NCBI RefSeq assembly: GCF_006345805.1
Contig: NW_021828730.1
Coordinates: forward strand, 1 to 8,147
Length of the DNA stretch: 8,147 nt
From: Octopus sinensis
Taxonomy: Eukaryota
Reading direction: 5' to 3'
Notes under the pieces: generated by a model
Database searches by the model: none
Told to the model about the DNA's origin: nothing
Seen by the model: only the letters and a program-made list of their open reading frames with translations
Position numbers and translations under genes: made by a program
Shown: positions 1 through 6,574 of the stretch, in pieces
Position numbering within the stretch: position 1 is the first letter of the stretch
Layout: each line of letters begins with the position of its first letter

Positions 1-340
1 GAGAGAGTGAAGAGAGAGGGAAAAAAAGGGAGAGCATGAGAGCAAATGAGAACGTAGTGAGAGAAAAAGAGAGAAAGTGTGTGTGTATGTCTTTGTGTGA
101 GAGACAGCGAGAGAAAGCGAGTGAGAATGAGAGAGGAGAGAGTAGGAGAGAGTACGAAAGAAAGAGAGAACGAGGGGAGATAGATACAGAGAGAAAGAGA
201 GAGAGAGAGACGGAGGGGGAGAAAGAGCGACGGACAGACAGCAGATAGTCGAGGGAGAGGAGGTGATAAAGGGAGAAAGAGAGTGAGAGAGAAAGAGAGA
301 GAAAAAGAGAGAGAGAAAGCGAGTGAAAGTGAGAGAGCAA
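1..340. repeat. Degenerate (GA)n polypurine tract
   Basis: Near-continuous GA/GAGA runs with few pyrimidines; resumes at about 600-713. Confidence 0.9.
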
Positions 341-342
341 CA

Positions 343-368
343 GCTAGATAGATAGCTAGCTAGATAGG

Positions 369-404
<36 letters not shown>

Positions 405-461
405 TAGATAGCTAGATAGATAGATAGGTAGATAGATAGATAGAATGATAGATAGACAGGC

Positions 462-501
<40 letters not shown>

Positions 502-503
502 TG

Positions 504-543
<40 letters not shown>

Positions 544-545
544 AT

Positions 546-595
<50 letters not shown>

Positions 596-598
596 GAG
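343..598. repeat. Compound (GATA)n/(GACA)n microsatellite
   Basis: tagatagatag... with an embedded gacagacagac run. Confidence 0.95.
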
Positions 599-713
599 AT
601 AAAGAGAACGAAGGACAGACAGGCACAGTGACTCAGGGAAAAAGACAGAGAGAGAGAGCGAGAGAGAGAGAAACAGAAAGACAGAGGGAGAGATAGGGAG
701 AAAGACAGAGAAG
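599..713. repeat. Degenerate (GA)n/(GACA) tract
   Basis: gagagagagcgagagagagagaaacagaaagacagagggagag. Confidence 0.8.
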
Positions 714-717
714 ACAC

Positions 718-810
718 GTCATGGGGCCATCTAAACGTATCAATCGATTCTGGTTTCTTCGTTTCTCTCCCGTAGCTGCTGCCATATTTTCGTTGGTTCC
801 TGTCGGCCAT
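718..810 (-). CDS. Possible first coding exon of an unidentified gene ([31 protein letters not shown])
   Basis: Unique-sequence island between repeats. ATG at 810-808 in context AAAATGG (A at -3, G at +4). 31 codons of normal composition, then a GT (GAC|GTGTCT, weak donor) right before a CT-rich microsatellite. No protein family recognised. Confidence 0.25.
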
Positions 811-1056
811 TTTAAAACACGACAATAATATAATTAATGTTATCAACAAATCCTCTCCTTAATCCGTTTTTTGTTATCATTCTGTCCAATCGCTTCCACA
901 TTGCATGTCTTTATAATAGTTTATCTTCATCCTTCCGACTTCAATCTTTTCCATCTTGCCTCTTTGCCTTTCTTACTTTCGTTCTGGAGTCAGCGCGTGC
1001 GTCAACGTGAGCGTACTCGCGCGCGCGCGTGTGTGTATCTTTCTGTAGAAGAGTCT

Positions 1057-1247
1057 GTCCAGCCGTGGCTGTGTGGTAAGAAGCTTGCTTCCCAGCCACA
1101 TGGTTCCATGTGGAACCATGTGATTCCACATGGTTCAGTCTCATTGCGTGACACCTTGGGCAAATGTCTCCTAACCAAGCCTTGCGAGTGGATTTGGTAA
1201 ACGGAAACTGAAAGAAACCTGTCGTATATATATCTATATATATATAT

Positions 1248-1292
<45 letters not shown>

Positions 1293-1516
1293 TATACATT
1301 GTGTGTGTATTTGTGTTGTCCCTTCCTCACCATCGCTTGACAACAGATGTTGTTGTGTGTTTACGTCCCCTTAACATAGCGGTTCGGCAAAAAAAGACCG
1401 ATGGAATAAATACTAGGCATACAAAGAATAAGTCCTGGGGTTGATTTGCTCGAGTAAAGGCGGTGCTGCAGCATGGCCGCAGCCAATGACTGAAGCAAGT
1501 AACAGAATAAAAGAAT
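1057..1516 (+). mobile_element. tRNA-derived SINE, family 1 (Octopus-type; CORE-like segment), near full length with internal (TA)n
   Basis: A box TGGCTGTGTGG (1066-1076), B box GGTTCAGTC (1132-1140), gtgacaccttgggcaa resembling the start of the MIR/CORE domain, internal (TA)n 1225-1288, and 3' tail ...gcatggccgcagccaatgactgaagcaagtaacagaataaaagaa. A homologous copy lies on the - strand at 2987-3269. The family assignment is from recollection. Confidence 0.85.
1225..1288. repeat. (TA)n inside SINE
   Basis: Direct inspection. Confidence 0.95.
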
Positions 1517-1520
1517 ATAT

Positions 1521-1552
<32 letters not shown>

Positions 1553-1553
1553 C

Positions 1554-1776
1554 TAGACATATAACAGTGTGTGTGTATTTGTGTTGTCCCTCCTCACCAT
1601 CGCTTGACACAGATTGTTGGTGTGTTTACGTCCCCTTAACATAGCGGTTCGGCAAAAAAAGACCGATGGAATAAATACTAGCATACAAAGAATAGTCCTG
1701 GGGTTGATTTGCTCGAGTAAAGGCGGTGCTGCAGCATGGCCGCAGCCAATGACTGAAGCAAGTACAGAATAAAAGA

Positions 1777-1778
<2 letters not shown>
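1554..1778 (+). mobile_element. Tandem duplicate of the SINE family 1 3' half (copy of 1287-1516)
   Basis: Near-identical to 1287-1516, differing almost only by single-base indels (net -5 nt); bounded by (TA)n at 1516-1552 and 1778-1825. Confidence 0.9.
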
Positions 1779-1823
<45 letters not shown>

Positions 1824-1825
1824 TA
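1778..1825. repeat. (TA)n
   Basis: Direct inspection. Confidence 0.95.
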
Positions 1826-2030
1826 GGTTAATCCAAACAAGAAGCAACAAAAAACACAACAACGCGAGGACGTGGAACAAATATAATATTATTGGACGCT
1901 CAGGAAAGAAGGAAAGAAGGAGGGTTTAACGTTTCGTGCGGAGCTCTTCGTCGGAAACATAGGAGAAGGAAAGATCCAGAGAAGGGAAGACAGAGGAAAA
2001 AACATCGCCAGCGGTACACACTCGGTGTCA
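1826..2030 (-). mobile_element. Short Penelope-like retroelement fragment flanked by (TA)n, carrying a variant hammerhead motif
   Basis: Contains the hammerhead-like motif at 1924-1958 and sits between (TA)n tracts. Minimal hammerheads are an established hallmark of PLE termini. Boundaries approximate. Confidence 0.55.
1924..1958 (-). ncRNA. Minimal type I hammerhead-like motif, U4C core variant
   Basis: Minus strand GUUU-CCGACGA-A-GAGC-UCC-GCAC-GAAA-CG-UU-AAAC: helix I 4 bp, helix II 4 bp with one A.A mismatch, palindromic helix III AACGUU. Confidence 0.55.
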
Positions 2031-2374
2031 TTATATATATATATATCTTAAATTCGTATATGGGAACTTTAGGGGCATGCAAATAAAGCTGCAATTTCCT
2101 TATGACGGCTATCGTCTAATGAAACAGTCTAGCAAGTCAGTTTTTGCGGGGTTGCATCATGGTTATACCGATATAATGTAGGATAAATATAACAATAACA
2201 ATAATTCTAGGTTGGAATTTATAATATCTAATAAATCGGTACACGCGTTTCCACAATTTACGTGACTTTAACATCAGATACCGTATCCTTGGGATGTTTA
2301 TATTGTAGTCCGTAGTATCCGCGCTCATCCGGTTGATCATCATCATTTCATCATTTCATCATGATTATGCATTT

Positions 2375-2563
2375 CATCCACTTCTATATTTAAGGGATGA
2401 GGAATTATGTACATTATTTACATTATTTATATTTGACGGATATTTGTCCTCATCTTGTTGTTAACACAACGTTTCGGCTGATATACTCTCCAGCCTTCAT
2501 CAGGTGTCACGGGGAAATTTCGAACTTGCGTTCTCATTTCTAAGGTATTTTTCGATGTCGTTG

Positions 2564-2570
<7 letters not shown>
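2375..2570 (-). mobile_element. Penelope-like fragment abutting (ATT)n, carrying a canonical-core hammerhead
   Basis: Hammerhead at 2463-2508; the fragment grades into the (ATT)n array at about 2561. Boundaries approximate. Confidence 0.6.
2463..2508 (-). ncRNA. Minimal type I hammerhead ribozyme (PLE-type)
   Basis: Minus strand GACAC-CUGAUGA-A-GGCUG-GAGAGUAUAU-CAGCC-GAAA-CG-UU-GUGUU: intact CUGANGA and GAAA core, 5-bp helix II, 5-bp helix I (GACAC/GUGUU), palindromic helix III, predicted cleavage after GUU (between 2468 and 2467). Confidence 0.8.
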
Positions 2571-2599
<29 letters not shown>

Positions 2600-2733
2600 C
2601 ATTATATTATTATTATTATTATTATTATTATTTTATTATTATTATTATTATTTATTATTATTTTTTTTATTATTATTATTATTTATTATTATTATTATCA
2701 TTATTATTATTATTATTATTATTTATTATTATG

Positions 2734-2769
<36 letters not shown>

Positions 2770-2812
2770 TTATTATCATTATTATTATTATTATTATCAT
2801 TATTATTATTAA
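2561..2812. repeat. (ATT)n trinucleotide microsatellite
   Basis: About 250 bp of imperfect ATT. Confidence 0.97.
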
Positions 2813-2986
2813 TAGTCGTATCATGATATTCATCCAGGAATCTTGTTGGATTCCTTCAACAGCAGGGAGATGAAATAACGGATTAAAGCTTGCATAAAAC
2901 ACAGCAGGATTACCACCTTAATCTCCTGCTGCTAAATTAATCATGTTTTCATAATGCCATTTTATTTTCTCTTCGTCGGGTTTTTC

Positions 2987-3195
2987 TCTTTTATTCTTTT
3001 ACTTGTTTCAGTCACTGGACAGCGGCCATGCTGGAGCACCACTTCGAAGGGTTTACTTGAACAAATTAACTCCAGTACGCATTCATTTTATTAAAAAAAA
3101 ACAGTTTGATACTTATTCTCTCCGTCTCATTTTCCGGGAGTCGTAAATAAACCAACACCGGTTGTCGAGCAATGAAGGGGCATTCATAAACACAA

Positions 3196-3234
<39 letters not shown>

Positions 3235-3269
3235 TATGTGTGCGATATATGTTCTTATCAGTTGTCCGT
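2987..3269 (-). mobile_element. SINE family 1, 5'-truncated, diverged copy
   Basis: tcttttacttgtttcagtcactggacagcggccatgctggagcacc is the reverse complement of the family 1 tail. It continues through ccaacaccggttgtcgagcaatg, an internal (CA)n, and gttcttatcagttgtccgt (about the reverse complement of acggaaactgaaagaaac). The tRNA head is missing. Confidence 0.8.
3199..3230. repeat. (CA)16 inside the minus-strand SINE
   Basis: Direct inspection. Confidence 0.95.
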
Positions 3270-3280
3270 AGGCGAAACTA

Positions 3281-3801
3281 CCGTAAATCCTCGAGTATAG
3301 TCCACCCTTGAGTATAATACGCAGGGGATTTTTAGGGGGCTGTACTTCTGAAAAACCTAAACCTTGTGTATAATACACACCCCTTCTCTAACTTGAGCCG
3401 TGCGTAATCAAGCCAGCAGCACCTAGTCGAACAAACACTTCCGCGCTTGCGTAATACAATAATGGTGATGTTCTTAACTGTTATATGGGAATGTAAATAT
3501 GCTTGCAAATTGTTTTGCTACATGGTATTCTGTGTTCTGAATACTTTTATTTTAATAAATGTTGCTTTCTACAAGTTATGGACGATTCTTTTATGACTTC
3601 ATTGCTTTCAGGCTTAGCTTAAGGTATTTTCGCGTCGGACATTACAAAATGCGTCTGAATAAACATTGCCGGACAGCAAATAGAGACTCGGACATTGCTT
3701 TGAAAATATTTTTCCTTTTTAACCTCGTATATAGTACACACTAGGGATTTTTACCTTTAAATTTTGGGGAAAAAATGCGGATTATACTCGAGGATTTACT
3801 G
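3281..3801. mobile_element. Non-autonomous DNA transposon (MITE), Tc1/mariner superfamily, Tc2/pogo-type ends
   Basis: TA at 3279-3280 and 3802-3803. Left TIR CCGTAAATCCTCGAGTATAGTCCAC (3281-3305) versus reverse complement of right TIR CAGTAAATCCTCGAGTATAATCCGC (3777-3801): 22/25 match. CCGTA ends with TA duplication are typical of Tc2-like elements. No transposase ORF. Confidence 0.88.
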
Positions 3802-3948
3802 TAAGACGTCTTCCTGTCCTAATTTCTGTCAGTGCAAAATAGCATCAGCCGATTGCAATTCCTCGCTGAACAGTTTTGATTTCAAAGATTTCTTTCTCCT
3901 CGATGGATTGTCTTCCATTACGGTTGGTCAACACCGACAACACTTGAC

Positions 3949-4304
3949 AGACACTGCTTTCCACATCGTTTTCAGACCAGACACTGCTTCCCACATCGCT
4001 TTCAGACCAGACACTGCTTCCCACATCGTTTTCAGACCGACCAGACGCTGCTTCCCACATCGCTTTCAGACCAGACACTGCTTCCCACATCGCTTTCAGA
4101 CCAGACACTGCTTCCCACATCGCTTTCAGACCAGAAACTACTTCCCACATCGCTTTCAGACCAGAAACTACTTCCCACATCATTTTTAGACCAGACCCTG
4201 CTTCCCACATCGTTTTCAGACCAGACACTGCTTCCCACATCGTTTTCAGACCAGACACTGCTTCCCACATCGCTTTCCGAACAGACACTGCTTCCCACAT
4301 CGCT
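3949..4304. repeat. 30-bp minisatellite, 11.7 units, consensus AGACACTGCTTCCCACATCGCTTTCAGACC
   Basis: Units start at 3949, 3979, 4009, then a 4-bp GACC insertion (4039-4042), then 4043, 4073, 4103, 4133, 4163, 4193, 4223, 4253 and a partial unit at 4283. Confidence 0.97.
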
Positions 4305-4329
4305 CAAGATTGAGAGCAGACACCGAAAC

Positions 4330-4460
4330 TTAACAACACCAACAGGTACAACAACAACAAAAAACAAACAAACAAACAACAAAGAGAACAACAACAACCA
4401 CAACACTCACAACGAACGACAGCGGCAACGTCGAGAACAACCTCAAAAACAACAACAACA
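4330..4460. repeat. Degenerate (AAC)n/(AAAC)n tract
   Basis: acaacaacaacaaaaaacaaacaaacaaacaac... Confidence 0.8.
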
Positions 4461-4679
4461 CGCCATCACATAGAGTAACAGTAAAAAGACGGACCAATAA
4501 CTCCTCTACACCCTTCCAACGGTCAATTAACCCTGTCCGCTTTTTGGTCAATAATTATCCCAGTTGGTCTTTATTCTAGTAAAGTGGCTTCAGTTGGCTC
4601 TTAACTACGCTAACGCAACAAATGCTAATATTTTACAGTTGCACAAACCTTGTGGTCTTCCTTCTTCGCGGTTTCTGTC

Positions 4680-5081
4680 TTTGTTGTTGCTGTTCGTTGT
4701 TGTTGTTGCTGTTGTTGTTGTTATTTTTGTTTTTGTTGTTGTTGTTGCGATTACTTCTGTTGTTGCATTTTTTTTTTGCTTTAGGAGTTGTTGTTGTAAT
4801 TGGTTTCGTTATCGTTGCTATTGTTGCAACCGCTGCGCTGTTGTATGTGCTCCCTATAGTAGCAACAGTGGTAGCAGCAGCAGCAGCAGCAGCAATAGTG
4901 GTAGTATTTATAGTAGTAGTAGTAGTAGGAGTAGTAGTAGTAATAGTAATAGTAGTAGTAGTAGTAGTAGTAGCAGTAGTAGTAATAGTAGTAGTAGCAT
5001 TAGTAGTTGTAGTAGTAGTAGTATAGTAGTAAGCAGTAGTAGTTGTAGTAGTAGTAGTAGTAGTAATAGTAGTAGTAGTAT

Positions 5082-5113
<32 letters not shown>

Positions 5114-5170
5114 ATAGTAGTAGTAGTAGTATTATAATAGTAGTATAGTAGTAGTAGTAGTAGTAGTAGC
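4680..5170. repeat. Compound trinucleotide array (GTT)n-(GCA)n-(GTA)n
   Basis: GTT-rich at 4680-4800, GCA at about 4872-4893, long AGT/GTA at 4895-5170. Confidence 0.9.
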
Positions 5171-5390
5171 GTTTTATCGTGTTGTAGTTGTTGTTTTCGC
5201 CGTCATTGTCTTTCTTCTCTGTTCTTGAGATTCCATGTTGGGAGAGATAATGGTAAGGATGGAATTAAGATGGAATAATTCCATTGAACCAATCAGGAAG
5301 AAATAATTGTTTTCTTCTCTCTTTTTTTTTTGCTTTCCATATTTTTTTATCTACTCCAACGGAATCAATAATATTATACATAAAAAAAAT

Positions 5391-5404
5391 TACATATAAT
5401 ACAT

Positions 5405-5454
<50 letters not shown>

Positions 5455-5695
5455 ATGAATATATATGTATATATATATATATATGAATATATTGTATATA
5501 TATATGTATATTATATATATAGTTATATATATAAATATTATATATATGTATATATAGATAATATATGTATATATGTTGTATATATATATATATATTCATA
5601 TATATATATATATATATATGAATATATATATATATATATATATATGTATATGTAATAATATATAATAATATATATGTGTGTGTGTGTGTGTGGGT
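5391..5695. repeat. Long imperfect (TA)n ending in (TG)n
   Basis: Direct inspection. Confidence 0.95.
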
Positions 5696-6013
5696 GTTAA
5701 ACAATAGAAACATGATATAAAAACCTAGGGATAAGTGAGTAATTTTGTGAGGACAAATTTCGTTATTTGAGTATGACATGTTGTCATGGAAACATGATGT
5801 GTCCATGTGTCAGTGTCTTAAGTGTGAACAGCGTACGGAAGGATGTGTATATGTGTATGTGTGCATACATGTATATCTGTGTACTGTAACTGTGTATGTA
5901 TTTATGTTTCGAGCCTACGCTCTTCTACAGAAAGGGACACAGAAAAATAAACACAAGGAGAGAAACAAGGAGAGAAAAAATGCGTGTAGTGGCTATCGAT
6001 CTATCATAGCGAA

Positions 6014-6018
6014 TATAC

Positions 6019-6051
<33 letters not shown>
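6014..6051. repeat. (TA)n
   Basis: Direct inspection. Confidence 0.95.
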
Positions 6052-6053
<2 letters not shown>

Positions 6054-6343
6054 GGAGAAACAGTACAAAATGTATAAATATGGTTGATGAGTAAAGCACC
6101 GGTATAGTTTCGATTACCTGTTGTTATCGTTAGATTAATTGCAGGGATTTCGTAGTGGGGGTTGGGGTGACAGTATTAATAAAATAGGAGATTGAATGTG
6201 TAGTAAATATTATTGGGTACAACACATGTTTCGACCCGTTCTGGGTTTCAAGTACATCAATAATTTTTCTCTGATTTTAATTGTTCTCGAATTTGATGGA
6301 CATATAGCAATACTTAAGCCGACTCAAGATATTTCTAGTGAAA

Positions 6344-6574
6344 GGCGGCGAGCTGGCAGAAACGTTAGCACGCCGGGCGAAATGCGTAGCCGTATTTCGT
6401 CTGCAGCTACGTTCTGAGTTCAAATTCCGCCGAGGTCGACTTTGCCTTTCATCCTTTCGGGGTCGATAAATTAAGTACCAGTAATGCACTGGGGTCGATA
6501 TAATCGACTTAATCCGTTTGTCTGTCCTTGTTTGTCCTCTCTGTGTTTAGCCCCTTGTGGGTAGTAAAGAAATA
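6344..6574 (+). mobile_element. tRNA-derived SINE, family 2 (Octopus-type), copy A, full length
   Basis: A box-like TGGCAGAAACG (6354-6364), B box GAGTTCAAATTCC (6416-6428), central GCCTTTCATCCTTTCGGGGTCGATAAATTAAGTACCAG (resembles Meta/MESC-type SINE domain, from recollection), A-rich end gtagtaaagaaata. Two more copies occur in the window. Confidence 0.88.

Noticed and set aside
36-849. ORFs 36-248, 360-626 and most of 412-849
   Set aside because: Translations of GA and GATA microsatellites (ER-rich, IYLS repeats); only 718-810 is retained as a weak candidate.
1057-1150. tRNA genes at SINE heads (also 6344-6430 and 7985-8070)
   Set aside because: A and B boxes are present but there is no cloverleaf, and each continues into a SINE body.
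871-2094. Overlapping ORFs with IYIYIY runs
   Set aside because: They cross SINEs, (TA)n tracts and a PLE fragment; no coding signal.
2097-2132. Plus-strand CTTATGA..GACGGCTATCGTC..GAAACAGTC as a hammerhead
   Set aside because: G5 is absent, helix II overlaps the core, and there is no helix I.
1924-2508. Cis heterodimer between the 1924 and 2463 hammerheads via shared AACGUU helix III
   Set aside because: A double hammerhead swaps helix I partners, and GACAC cannot pair with AAACC, so the heterodimer is not supported.
3764-3900. CPNFCQCKIASADC resembling an LRR N-terminal cap
   Set aside because: The ORF starts inside the MITE TIR, no LRR repeats follow, and it runs into the minisatellite.
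3949-4304. CRISPR-like array
   Set aside because: Contiguous tandem units with no unique spacers, in a eukaryotic context.
4564-5148. Plus-strand poly-Ser and poly-Val/Leu ORFs
   Set aside because: Direct readouts of GTT and AGT repeats.
5770-5800. ATGACA/TGTCAT hairpin followed by GAAACATG
   Set aside because: No CUGANGA box upstream; not a hammerhead.
5284-6077. ORFs over (TA)n and (TG)n
   Set aside because: Microsatellite artefacts.
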